Source: Pocillopora damicornis
Taxonomy: Eukaryota
DNA: 64,000 nucleotides
Direction: 5' to 3'
Assembly (NCBI RefSeq): GCF_003704095.1
Contig: NW_020844818.1
Coordinates: 1 to 64,000, forward strand
In this document: piece by piece, positions 37,834 to 51,700 of the stretch
Layout: each line of letters opens with the position of its first letter
How positions within the stretch are numbered: position 1 is the stretch's first letter
Made by a program: the position numbers and the translations under genes
Notes under the pieces: generated by a model
What the model saw: the letters and a program-made list of their open reading frames with translations, nothing else
Database searches by the model: none
What the model was told of the DNA's origin: nothing

Positions 37834-38082
37834 TGATTGGTGCAAGATACAAACCCTAAACATTCTGATTAGTGCTAGATATCCAAATGCTGTGATATGA
37901 TTGGTGCAAGACATTCTCTAATGCCACAGTCTGACTGGTGCAAGATGCATACTCTAAATGCTGTGATTGGAGTAAGATATCCAAATGCTGCAATGATTGG
38001 TGCTTGATGCAAACCATTATGCAACAATCTGATTGGTGCAAGATACATACCCAAATGCCGTGATCTGATTGGTATGAGATAC
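37834..38082. repeat. Degenerate minisatellite, 8 units of core TGATTGGTGCAAGATA, 30-36 bp period
   Basis: Cores start at 37834, 37866, 37898, 37932, 37964, 37994, 38030 and 38066. Confidence 0.9.
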
Positions 38083-38839
38083 ATACCACTCTACATGCAA
38101 ACATAGTTGTTTTTTTCATTAAAAAAATAACTCAAAAATTTATCAAAGGAACTAGTATGATACTATAACATTGAAGAACAGAATGAGTATGAAGTGATTT
38201 TAATTCTCTACCTTTCCTATGGGAACTTAGCAACATTTGTCCATTGAAAAATAAAAAGTGAGTTGTTAACTCAGAATCCCATTTTTAAAAAATTTTTAAC
38301 ACCTGTCATTAGAATTGACTTAAAAATTCTCATTGATTAACATTTTGATTGTTGCTTGCAGTTGGCCAATGGGATTTGCTATTTGCTTGTTCTTTCCTGA
38401 TAACTTTTTCATAGGATGGCATTGAGAATGCTCCTTAGATATTGCACTATATCACTGACCTCCTTTGCAGCTGTCAGTGTCTTTTTAAAACATACTTCCT
38501 TGAAAGAAAAGTGTCTCTGAGAGGAGATGGCAGATAAGTGTCTCTGGCAACTGGAAAGTGTGAGACTGATTGAACAGGAAGGAACACAAAATACTAAATT
38601 GGCCGGTTACAAAAAAATATATATATATGAAGCTATAAAACTTATAATTTAAAAATGGTAGACCCTCATTGTACTAATCATTTATAATGTTTATGTACTA
38701 TATCTAGATAACCATAACTTTTAAAAACCCAACAATTCAATAATACGACACAATGCTGGTACAAGGTCTTAAATGTCCTCAAATTATAAATTACCCTAAA
38801 AACACAATAACATGTATCAGGATTCTGTCAAAAAGGAAC

Positions 38840-41800
38840 TTATTTTCCTCGGATCCATGCTTCTTTGAGGACAGCAGCACTCTTTGGTGCTTTATACCTT
38901 CGCTGATAAGATGGTTTGGTTGCTGCAGGCAATGCTGGAAAATCTCTTTCAGATATACCACCCCTGTTTGTCTCCACATTCCAAGCAGTGGCACCAGTTT
39001 GCCAAACCCCAGGCAAGGGTGGCTTTTTGTTGACCTTCCCATTCTTATTTTTTTCATCTTGATGCTTTGCTATAACTTTAGCATCTTGATGGATAGCTAA
39101 CAGTTCTTTTCGTTTATCAGGATCAGGCAATAAATCTACCAGTTCTGCAAAAACTTGAGAAAAGTTAGACTCGAATAATTCATAACACTGAGCATAGTAT
39201 TCTTCAGCAGAACAAATGCTCTTGCGAAACTTTCCAGATAATTCCTTGAACTCTTCAAATTTGGACTTATCATATCCTAATAAGACTCTTATTTTTTCAA
39301 CTAAAGCTTGATTTCTCTCTTGAACACTACTGTTTGTCTTAACCTCTGTTTTAGTAACAGGTGCTTCTTGTAATGGTGCCACATTTTCTTTAATCTTCTC
39401 CTTAGAAGTTGCCTCAAAGGGTGTCTGAAAACCAGGAGGGGGCTTAGCGCGAGAAGTCTGCTGTGTTATAGCTAAAGGTGGAGGCTGACGAGCTGCTGAA
39501 GCAAATCCTGGAGGTACAGGTGGTGATTGTTCAGATCTTTGACCAGAAGCAGATAGAGAGGGAAAGTCATTGACTGAGTATGGCGGATGAGAAACAGATG
39601 CATACAAAGGAGGTTTCGTGGGTTTATTACTCTTCTTAGACTCTTTATCTGCACTTGTAACCTCTAAAGAATTTAGCAAAACTGGGAACTGAGCTAATTC
39701 CTCTGTTTCTTTAGCAGGTTGCCCCCCAACTGCTCCATCTTCTTCTGGCTTGTGCTTCTTAGGTTCTTGTGGCTTAGATGAAGGTGAGGGAAGCTGTGAA
39801 GGGTCCCCTGAGGATTCACTCAAAGAAAGAGCCATGGCAGTCTGTAGCTCTAAGGCCTCTTTCCTAAAATAAGGAGACAGAGGTGAAAAATTCACAAAAA
39901 TATAGCAAAACTCCCTCAAAGAAATAACAGGTGGAATATTATTTTTATTTACATCAAAACAAAAGAATTATAACACATATAATTATGACCCTTGAAATTC
40001 TACCTAAATAACAGGTAAGAGCCAGGGAACCAGCAAATGTTGTTACAACACTCTTCTTGTTTCTCAAGAAAGGCTTCTTTCCCCAAATTTTGGTATTGCC
40101 ACACACTAACAGTCCACATATGAAATTGACTGGCATAACTGCTGTAAATTATTCAGGTTCATACAGAATGAAGCTGAGTGTTGCTACTGCTCCTAGATGA
40201 GATGTCAATATGTTGACAGTTATGCCCCCACATTTTGCCAAGTTCACTTAACAATCTGCTGGTAGCAATTTGTAGCCCTGATAGGTAAGTACACTGGCTG
40301 TAAAGTACCTTGCTAACAACATAATGCAATAAACCTTGCCCACATTTTTACCACAAATTTTTGAAGCAGAGTTCATGGCATTTACTGTAAGGGCCTTGTG
40401 GAACAAAGGTTGAAACTCTGTTTAAGGTACCGGTTTATGAAAGTAATCAAGTACAGTATGTCCCTTGCAGTTGCAGCTAATGAACACCTTTATAAAGTAA
40501 TTGTAATAAGGCAGTTACCTGATAAGGCTATCAGAATGTGATCATTTACAATTGTGTATACAAGAATGAAAAAGGAAATAAACAAGGCAAAAGAAATAAC
40601 CCTCCATAGAGTTTTATTCCTGACTCTTCTGCTGCTAGAAGATTTACTGGTACATCTCTGCCACTACAAACCTGTTTGGCCCTGAAAAGTCTCCTCTTCT
40701 TCCTACTTTTTCTCTTTTTCCCTTTCTTTGTTCTGAAGTTCTCACTTCCACAAAATCTCCAGCAGTAACTGAACCATGATTTGTCTGAGGCCTTGGCCGT
40801 GGAGCAAAGGTTATATCAACATCTAACTGACGAGCCTGACGAGCCTGTGCTTTACTCAACTTTCCAGAGTGCTTTGCTGCCCGATGTGCTTGAAAATCAA
40901 CCTTTGTTCGAAAGACAGAAGTAAACTGTTCATGAATACAATCGTCTTCTTCACAAAGAAAGTGAAAATCACGAAAGTGCTCTCGTAGATGTTTATAATC
41001 AGGATAGTAGTCCTGACTTCCATCCCGTTCACAGAAGTGACACCAAAAATGATCCTTACGCAGGTGCTTGTGAAGCTCGTCATTGTCAAGATAACGCTGA
41101 TCACAAAATTCACAACGAGGGTGTCCCTTGTGGGATTTGTCATCAGAGTCACCAACTCTGCGGTGTCGTGCCAGGTCAGAACGAGAGTAGGCTTTCAGTT
41201 CAAAGCTGAACTTTTGCAAATTTTCCACACAAAGATCACAATAGAACATTTCGTGTTCCCGCTTCATGTGATCACGGAGACGGCCAAATGATCTCTCTGG
41301 CTGGCGGCTTGGGCAGAACTGACAGCGATGTTCCAAGAGTTCCTTAACTTTGTCTTGGATGCCTTTATGTTGGTAATGAATGTTGTGTCGTTTATCATTC
41401 ACAAAGGAACCTCCTCTACCAGCCAGTTTTGCATAACTGGTCATGTGTTTAGTTATGAATACCTGAAGGAAAATGGCATACAAAAGATTAACCCTTTAAT
41501 TCCTAGAAGTGATTTACGTGTAACAGCCAGATGGGAGAATTAACAGTCAGATCTTGGGAGTTCAAAGCTTAAATATCTCCAACATAATAATTGACTACTT
41601 AAAATTTAATTGCCAAAGGCACAGTAATAATATGTATTGTTGATTTTTTCTCAAGATAAAGATGAGGAAATAAATTGTCAATTTACCCTAGTGGCAAGGC
41701 CAATGAATTTTTCATAGTATAGTTTCACGGGTGATTAGCAGAGCGACTGGATTCTACTTTGCACAAAATTTAGCATGTTCAGCCATTTTCAAAACAGTGG

Positions 41801-42509
41801 TTGACTATTATCACCGCCTACGCATAGTGATCATAAAAAGAAATGAATCATTCCTCAATCAATCCGGGATCACCCGAGAAGCATTCATTATCAAATATTT
41901 ATATCAAATATATGGACTACATAAGCTCTCTTGTTTTACTCACGACTTATCAATCTTACAAGACCTCTCTGTGTGATTATTAAACGAAAGTGATTTTGTT
42001 TCACTATCACCTCAGATTTTTAGCAGACTCGTGAGCTTGTAATCATAAATGAACTAGTATATTTAGACATAGTTTAGCTAGAAGGGCTCTCTGCTATAAA
42101 GAAGTTGCAATGCGATAGGAAAGCAACCTGGAGTTGTGGAATGCTCGAAGAGTAATAATTTTTGCACAAGGCTATGAAAAATGCTTCTACAAGCACTTTC
42201 ATTCAAAGTTCGATCGTCTTACTAGTGAGCCGGTGTTACTTTTAACTCATCTAATTTAAAGATTCAATTTCCCTGTTTACACAACATTATATTGTAAACA
42301 TCACAGGTTACTTCCATTTCAATGATACTAACCTGCTTCAGTTCTGTTCGGCACACTGGGCAGTAAATTTCCTTCCCGAGTACACGCATTCGAACACAAC
42401 ACTTGTAGCAAACACAATGGTCACACACTCCAATGGCGAAAAACTCAATATCCTCGCAACAAACAACACAAACATTTAAGGAATCTCTTCGAACGACTTT
42501 AGAACTCAT
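38840..42509 (-). CDS. ZNF598: E3 ubiquitin ligase ZNF598 (Hel2), ribosome quality control; 3 exons, ~663 aa
   Basis: Exons 42509-42333, 41462-40672 and 39863-38840 total 1992 nt, in frame. RING CVVCC..CDHCVCYKCCVRMRVL..CPVCR; C2H2 array with GDSDDKSHKGHPRCEFC and HFLCEE; DFPSL/DFPAL and PPGF motifs; C-terminal helical domain LVDLLPDPDKRKELL. Confidence 0.95.
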
Positions 42510-42782
42510 CTTCCGTTCGTTTTCAGCCGAGACACAAAGATAAAAGTTACAGAATTCAAGCTCTTTTGATGACGGTCCAAACGTGGTAAAAATGGCCGCT
42601 TGATCAAAGTGCATAATGTCCAAATATAGAATAACTCTTTATGTACACCAGTAAACCGGAAATGCGTCATTGTGCTGAAAAAGCGATTTTTGATAACCAG
42701 CGGATCACCACTGAAACTATTATGGTCTATCCCTTACCCGGTCTCTGCTAAGGTTGCAGTTTTACAAGTAATAGGGACGAAA
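42510..42782. promoter_or_regulatory. Compact bidirectional promoter ZNF598/UQCRC2
   Basis: 273 bp between divergent ATGs, CpG-enriched, ETS-like ACCGGAAAT (42655) and YY1-like AAAATGGCCGC (42588). Confidence 0.7.
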
Positions 42783-45700
42783 ATGTTGCCGTTATCGCGG
42801 AGGTTGCCATCAATTTCGAAAGGAATAAGTTGTGCAACTTCTTCTGTGAGTAACTGCCGTCTTTTTATGTAATTTTGTCGCGTATTGAAAGAGAAAACGA
42901 GTATGAGATGTGGCGACATGTTCTGGCGTGATATTAAGTTGGTTTACCTTAGTTGACGTGTGTATTCGCCTAACAATGTGAAATTTATGTTTTATAGAAA
43001 AGATTGTACGCCTATGCAGCTTCTCCGCTTAATGAACCGTTGGCAGATACACAGACAGGAGCTGGAGAGGGTGTTGATCTCACTCCCCAGAGTGTGCAGG
43101 TTTGTAATAATAAAACAGGATACTTACGTTATTCAAGTGAGAGGAAGTACTGAACGCAGGGTCACCAAGGTTCAGTTAAAGGGTCTGTTTGGTAAAACAT
43201 TGAACATTGACATGAAAATTGCCGTGAAAATTGCCGTCGTGACTCAGTTAGAAATATACAAAGAAGTGAATCTGTCTTCCATACCTTCAAAGTTCTACAT
43301 CCAACATAGTTTGGTGCTCCTGCTATGTGGAGCAATATATAACCACAAAAGACAAACCTGCTGGTTGTAATAGCAGAAAGAACTTGTTGTCACTTTTACC
43401 TACAAATATACTGTACCAAACGAAGGAGGTGTTTTCTTTTTGTGCTTAACATGCTTTCAAATCAACATCAATTGTATATTTCAAATGCAATTTAATATTT
43501 ATTTGTTAACCACTCTTGAACTTTATAAAGAAATGGGCCTAGTTTAGGCAAATAAGCATCATGCTATATATTGCATTGCAAGTAAACTCAATGACATGTA
43601 TTCCATGTTTTAAACTCAAAGTATCATAGAAGGTGTTTGTGAAGAAGGGTAATAGCTGGTGAATTGTGTAACTTTAGTGATAAAACAATAGAGTTTCTGT
43701 GCAGTAACTGGAGAATTCTCCATCTCCATTGCCTAGTTCCCCAACTTCAAGATTGCAAGCCACATTTTTTATTAGTAGTTCATGTTGACACTTGGAAATA
43801 AGTTAACTGTTGCCAGGACTCATCATAGGAAAAGTTCATTTTAAGTGGTGGATTATTTAATAGTAGATGACTATTTGAGCCTGGGAACTTAAGCTGTATC
43901 TGCATGGGAGCTCATTGGTCTTGTATTGTGAATTTAACACTACTCACCTTTGCAGGTTACTACTTTGGAAAATGGCCTGAGAGTTGCTTCTCTGGAGACA
44001 CATTCTCCTAAGAGTCGCATAGGGTTATTTATTAATGCTGCCAGTCGTCATGAAACACCAAGCACACTAGGTATTACCCATGCTCTGCGTAGTGCTGCAT
44101 TTTTGGTAAGTATTGGGTGTAGTTGAGAAATCCAACTTTTAGTTCTTTTGAGAAAAATTTTATTTAATCTCTGTCAGCAGTAACATTTATTCATAGTTCA
44201 CTTATGTTGTTTCCAGGGTAATGTGGACTATTCAGGATTCAGAATTACTAGAGAGCTAGAACATTATGGAGCAACTCTAGAGTATGTTATCATTTTCTCA
44301 CAATTCATTTAAGTATGTTGTGTCTGCTTGTTTTCTATTTTCACCTGTTGCATGTAGATTTCATCTGATTTACACTTTTCATTTTTGACCTTAGAAGATT
44401 CTTCTGCCCTGCATTCTATGAATATGTTTGTAAATTGTGTAGCTATCTATATTTTCCACTATATCGCCAGAGTCTTTGACAACTGTGATATTATTTCAGG
44501 GCTACTTGTAACAGGGAGAACCTCGTTTACTCAGCAGACTGCCTTCGGAGCAATATGTAAGTGCTGATTTGCAAATATAAAATGTGTTTGTAGATAAGAC
44601 AATATGGCCATTACTTATTTTTAAAGTAGTGATTAAATTCGTAGAACGGAATGGAATTAGTGTTTATATGGCTACTTGTAAAGGGTAAAAATGCTCAAGA
44701 ATGTTCTTCATTTGTGTGTGAAAATCACAATATAAAGAACGATGTTCTTCCTTTTTTATTTGTCTCCTTCAGTTTGTTTGTCTTTTGTTTTCAAACTGAG
44801 GTTGTGTGAAAAATGAAGAATGACATCAGCCTAGCTGATACTTTTGACAGTTTTACTGCCTTTATATTACGAACTTTTTCCCATTTTTAAACTAATGCTC
44901 ATTAATTTTGCTAATAATTTACAGTGGTTTGGTAGTTGACAACCTCGCCAACATTGTGAAGAAGCCAACCTTCTATGGCTGGGAGGTGTGTGTTTTGCAA
45001 TGAACTTTCTTATACACTAGATTTACATGAAGGTTTTCATGATTATACATGCGAAAATGCAAGTGCCTTTTGGTGGACAGATGCATGTATTCTTTTGATT
45101 CCAGAACTTTTGTCTTTTTTAGGCTGCAAAGTATAGAAGAAGATACAGCGTTGATTTGCCTTTCTCTCAGTGTTGCTATATTTGCATGTATCATATCTTC
45201 TTTTAGTTTGGAAATTGTTTCAATGTTTTAATTACTTCTTGTTGCAGGTTGACCAGGTGACAGATCGTTTAAAATTAGATCTTGCAATAAAAGATGCTCA
45301 GCCACCAATAAGTATGTTCAACATCAATACACTCTTCTGAGTTTTAAGCTATAAAAAAATTAAGATACACTTTCTCTAAAAGCAGTCTGATGCATTTTGG
45401 TTCAAAAAAATCAATTTTTATTTTGTGAAAAGGCAAGCTTGGCAACTTGAGCCAATTTTTGAATATCAATGCTTTGAAAAATTGGCCTTTAAGCAAATTT
45501 TGCTCAGCAAAATTCATCTTGCAATTTTCGGAAGAACTGAGGGTATTTCAGACAGATTCCTGAGCAAAGTTTGAAAGAGATCAATTATTTGAGCCAAAAT
45601 GCTCAGGACAGCCTTTGGAGAGACTGTCTTAATTCAATTAAGTTTTCTTTTATTTTGATAAATTTACTTGTATCTTTGAGGCTATTGCCTCCTATAGGTG

Positions 45701-48700
45701 GCAAAGTCATTATGTTGTTGAGATGAGTGTGTGAGTGATTAAGTGTGACAATAGAATTGTATTGTCCTTACCAGTTGGTGTGAATTTAAACTGAAAGTTT
45801 ATCTTCTTCATTCATGTACATGTCTTTTACTTCTGTAACATGATCAAGTAATATGTTTAAAAGTCTGGTTTTCATTGTGTGTTTAGATGTTGTGGAAGAG
45901 CTTCACAGAGTTGCATTCAGGTGTGTTCTGTCATTCTTATGCATAGTAACTATGATAATTTGAGTTAGTGTCAAGGGTTTTTATTTTGTAACAAGTGATT
46001 AGTGTCATGTACAAATGTAATTGAGGAATTTTCTCCACATCTTAATATAAATTAGCTCAGGTCTCTGAAATTTAGGCAGAGAATCTTGGATAGCAGCTGG
46101 AGAATTCTCTGAACTGCAAAAGTAGAAGAAAATTAAGAAATTATAGGAGAATTCCTCAAAGTTCACATAAACTTTCAAGAAAATTCCAACTGTGGAATTG
46201 AATCATTCATGTACATCTAGTGCTGTTACTGGTAAATTATATAATCAACTCCAGTCAAAACTGGGGAATGGCTGCAGAATAAATTTCATCAGCACTTGTG
46301 ATAAAATGGGGTGAAAGAAGTGAAATGAAGATGGCAGACTAGCCAGTGGTTTTGACCAGTTACTGGCTTTTATTGACTGTTTTGCTTAATAGATTCATAA
46401 TGTGCACAGTATGCTAAGCTAAGGGTGGACAGAGTTTGAATTTTTTATTTTTTCAATTTTTCACTTCAGGAAAACATTGGGAAATTCACTGTACTGCTTG
46501 CCACACAGAACTGGAAAATTTTCATCTGAATTGGTGAGAAGATTTTAAAGTATTTATAAATTGCATGAATTACTTTCCTGTGATTTATTAATATAATAAA
46601 TAGAGACCAGTGTTAAATGTACAACTTGTTCAACTCAGTGTTCATAACTTGCTCTACATAACACTTCACAAGTGATATAGTGATTTACACATAAATTGGT
46701 GATAATAATACTAAGGTGCCAATTTTCAATATGGCTACCATATGCTTTTTCACTGTATGACGTTTTCAATATTTCTGAAGAAGAAAATTATGAAAATTGC
46801 AGTTGCTGTGGTATATTCATTAGGGACCCATTTTGGGGTTGTTTGAAGGGCAGGTAAAGTCATCCAATGGATTAATTTGAATCAAGTTGATAAGTGTTGA
46901 AAAAATGTTCTGTACTATCCACCTGATAAGAGATTTATCCAATGGACAGCAATTTCTATCCTTTGAACATCTGGGGCCAGATTAAATTGTGCTGAGAGAA
47001 TAACTCTCAGCAGAGGCAAGCACTACTATGAAGTAATCTGGACAATTTTTACCATGCCTATGGTGAATGACTCTGAAATACATTTACTATTTTGGTTGAG
47101 GGGGGAGGGGAGAGGAAGAGTTTGGTTGAATTTTTATAATCTCAAGGTCTTATTAGAAACTTTAATTTATTATCACTCAGCTAAAAGAGTATACTCAGGA
47201 GTGTTATGTGGGGCAGCGCATGACTCTTGTTGGAGTAGGTAAGTTTGAATTAGAGATTGCTAGCTATGATCAAACACTTTATGGAGCACAGTCAGCTTAA
47301 CATGAACATGTGTAAAAAGAAAAGCTCAACAAGGTACTGTCCATCAGGATGTTGTCTTCTTGTAACTCTGAAATGTCATAAGGTAGCCTTTTGTATTGAG
47401 GTGTGGTTAGAGCTATTTGGAAATTTGAATTGTAAGTTGTACTTTAAGAAGGAAAACTATTGAAAATATGACTCAAGTTTCCTCTTAAACATTCTCCTGA
47501 TGTGACATCCCCATAAAAATTATTTTCTGAAATGTGTGGAAAGTGTTTCTTGACATTTTATAATTTAAACCTCCAAGTGTTTCAAACAATCCTCCAATCA
47601 AACATAATCAGAGAGTAAATATCATAAAGTTCATTGAAAAGGTTAATTTGGATGAAATTGTTCACAAGTGACTAATGATGCTTTAGGGTTAATGTAGTTG
47701 TATGATGCAGAATAGTTGAACTATTCTCTAATGCTTTCTATTCTCTAGTGCTTTCACCCCTAGTAGACACTAGGCTCTGATTTTTTTTTCCACAATGACA
47801 CAGAATGATTCATTTCATTCCACAGGGGTTGATCACAGTCAATTGGTAGACTGGGCCAAGTCGACTCTCTCCTTCCTACCCAAAGGTGAACCAGCCACCA
47901 AAGAAGCTGCAAAGTATCATGGAGGTAAGTTAGGGATATGTTTTAAAGGATACAAGATGAACCAATTAATGTAATGGTATGCAGTGGTATTCAAACTTTG
48001 AATTGTCACCTTGTTGGGAAGTGTGACAATCTTCACAAACTCAATTACCATTGGCTGGCTCTGTGAACAGTGTGGGAAGCTGTTACTGCCAAGCCTTTGC
48101 TTGGCTATTATCATTTGCCAACCCCTTTTGTGTTCCTGATGAGAGCTTGTTGTGTCTAAAATGATTGTCATCCACTGTAAATGATGTTGTGTACATGTGG
48201 TGATTTGGTTTTAAGTGTTGTACAGTGCTGCCAACTCTAACTTGAAACATGTATGCCTTCCCCTTACATCACCCAGCAAAGAGGTGATCAGGATAGACAA
48301 ACATATTAACTGAGGGGTTGTTTTCTTGACTTAATAATTATTCAGGCTAATTTACACAGGAATGTATTTCAACTGTAAGGGGGAGTTGCTAATTAGATCC
48401 TGGGTGTTAAAGTACCATAGTCAGTGAAGTTTCCCAAGAGAGGGTTTCATTAAAGGTGCTATTTAGTAGTATATTTAGAAATGGCAACAGCAGTATATTG
48501 AACAATGATGTACCACTGTTTGATGAATTATACTACATGTGCATGTAAAACAGGTAGATTGCTTGTTCATTCAATACCACTCTGATTGACTCTCTTATCT
48601 TTTTAAACAGGAGAAGTTGTTCACTTTAGTTCTGGACAACTTGTCCATGCTGTGCTAGCAACAGAAGGAGCTAGGTTAGTGCATATTCACTCACAATTCA

Positions 48701-51700
48701 CATATTTAAACAGGTTTTATTTAACTTTTTTATGGTTTTGACCCTCTCCACCAGGTTACCTCTACATAGACAGTTTTGTTACATTTTTCACCATACTTTA
48801 TCCTCTTTGTGGAACTCATTCCTTATCTGTAACTTTACTGAATTTTTCAGCTTAGGAAGCAAGGATCTTCTTACATTATCAGTGTATCAGGTGAGGACTG
48901 ACTCATCTTTAAATTTTTTACTTGTAAATTTACTTTTGATCCCACTGTTGTATTAGATTACCGCTAGTCTTTTCCAGTCATAGCTGTCTGGGTGGCTGGC
49001 AAAAGGGCTGTAATTTGGCAATGGGTTTTTTTGAAATATAGACAAGCTTTTTATTGAGTAGCTGTTATGTCATGTTTGTTATGTTTACAGAAAATCCTTG
49101 GGGCAACACCTTACATTAAGTGGGGAAGCAACTCAATATCAAACAGGTATGGCATCTCTCAATCCATACTTAGTAATGTGTATTTTTTGTCATTTAACCC
49201 TAGAAACTGCAGAAGGCAAGAAGATCATAAATCATGCAATTATTGTAGTATTAAACAAATTGTGAGATTTCAGAGGAACTAGTGTTCTTCCTAGTCAGCT
49301 CTTTATTGAATTTCATGATTTTTGGGAAAAATAATTTGAAATTGTATGGACTGGTTGTGATGCTCATGAGAGAGGCATGAAAAATGAAAACCAGAAGTTT
49401 GTTTAATCATAACAACAATCTAGTCATCCTACTTGTTCTATTACAAAGTTTGGTAAATCTTCATGGTTTGTATTGTTAATGAAAGCTATGTAACCTAGCC
49501 TTAAGTACTTGATATGGTCACCTTCACTTGGTAACAGAAATGGACATTGTTCTCTTCCAGGCTTCTAATGACTGCAACTGAATCCACAAGTGGAGCAGTA
49601 GCTGTAAGTTCACATTTCACATTTTAGTTTCTTTTCCCATGCAACAAACGATTCTCATTTGTAAAAATTGGAGGTCATATCTGTTTGGCAGGAGCCTTGC
49701 CTTTGATCTTCTTTCTCTTGTGGGCAGAGTGGAGATCATTTCCCTAATATTGACCGGTAATTGAGCCTGCATTGAGACTTTTTCACACAGAATGCAATTT
49801 TTAATGGAGTATGTGGTTGTTGTGTCTTTGGGAGATCATTTCTGTAATATTGACTGAACATGAATCTCAGGAAAGGTTTACCAAAAATAGTAGACTCCTT
49901 TGGCATGGTCTACCTGTAAGCTTCAAATACAGTGCTACAAAAAAGGTTTCAAAATGGTTAGTAACTCAATGTTTTCATTTCAATTAGGCATCAGCTTTCA
50001 ATGCCAGCTACTCTGACAGTGGACTTTTTGGATTTTATGTGGTTGCAGAGCCTTCAGATGTATCCAAGGTACAAATTACTTTTTTCTCTTGGTTAATTTA
50101 AAAAGGATTATATTGTTTGTTTGTTTGTTTGTTTTTTTGGTTTTTTTTTTCAACTAAATAACTTTGAGTTGATTTTAATTTTTTCTAACCTTGCAGGTTA
50201 TGAAATCAGTGATTGGCCAGTTTTCCAAAGCCTCTAAAGGAGATATCTCTGATCAGGAGGTTACCAGAGCAAAGTGAGTCATGTTAAAAACAACAGTGGT
50301 ACAACTTACTTGACCTATTCTCTCCCCCCCTAGTGGAGCATTGCTCCAAGGAAAACTGGCTTCCATCTTTCTCTGTGCTGGGCTGTCTTCTCAGTTAGAT
50401 GTGCCCCTAGGGGTAGCCTGCCCTGTCCATCTTGTCGTCCCTAGTTTTTCCACAGCTGTTCCTGGAATGACCTTGATTCTTGTGGGTTCCATCCTCCTGT
50501 AGGTGCCACCCCAGTGCATGCTTGTAGACACTACAATTTGGTTTTCTGAGGGTGTGCCCAATTTAACTCCAATTTTGCCTTCTGATCTAGATGTTGATTA
50601 TTTTCTGTTCAGCTTTTGCCATACATTTCTTCAATCCTTTTGACCTGTTTATGGGGTAAACTGTGTAGAGAGGATTTTCCTCAAGGTGACATGTCTACTC
50701 TTTCTTGACTAAGAGGGTGGTCATAGCCTTCCTCCCCGGGACCTACCTGTGACTTCTCCTTTCCAGGTCCATTAATAAGTTTTATAAGTTTTATAGTCTG
50801 ACTTGCTGGTATGAAATTGGTGGGACTTGTTTTATGTAAATGACAAGTCTCTTCACAATCTTTATGTTCATGTTGATATTGCCGCAGGAACCAGATGAAA
50901 GCACATATTTTAATGAATGGTGAAAGTCAGGAGACGCTGTTTGAAGATATCGGCTCACAGGTAAGTTTTATGTAACAGAAATGGTCATTTATGCCATGTG
51001 TAGGGAAATAGCATTTTGCTGGACTCAGATGGGTCCTAGTTGTACTCTTAAGACCTTAAAGGAATGTTGTCTTCATCAGTTGTTGGGTGGGACTCGAGAT
51101 CGTATAGGCGATGCCTGTTTCAACCCAGTTACCTGAGGTGTACTAGTTTATTTCTCGAGGCATTTAATTTTACAGTCCTGGGGGTGAAAAAATCTAGCAC
51201 CACACCTATGTGGAGAAGAAATGGACCAGAGTACGTCGCTTCAAATTCTCGAACCATTGGAATTTTATAGAAGAGTAACGCGCAACGAGATTGTTGTGCT
51301 CATTTAATCCACTGTACACAATTCCACCTACATCCAAGCTTTTTTATTCTGTGTAATTCTGGTTAATCTCTTAGGCTCTCACATTTTGATTCTCACTGGA
51401 TACTTCTTCTTCAACTGCGGAATTCTGACTGTAATCTAGTGCACACTGTCTACATTATTTTAGTCTTCTCTCTTTTCTCCCTTTTCCCCTCTCTTCTAAG
51501 CAAACTCTAAAGAACTTGCTTATATATTCACTATTGACAGATACGGGTGGGCATGCCAACTGGCGGACCTTGAGAGATCAAACATTTGTTGTTAGAACGC
51601 TTAACCAAACAATTTTACTAGACTTTCGATCTGAACAACAAAGTACTTTATCATAATAGTTTTGATCAACTGAGTCAACTTCTTCGAAACAAGAACTTTC

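Noticed and set aside
37834-38082. CRISPR-like repeat/spacer appearance
   Set aside because: Repeats are ~16 bp and degenerate, spacers are short and mutually similar (AAATGC), there are no cas genes, and the context is eukaryotic.
43956-44105. Mitochondrial processing peptidase beta (PMPCB)/UQCRC1
   Set aside because: Lacks the HxxEH zinc motif (reads HALRS); downstream motifs fit core protein II.
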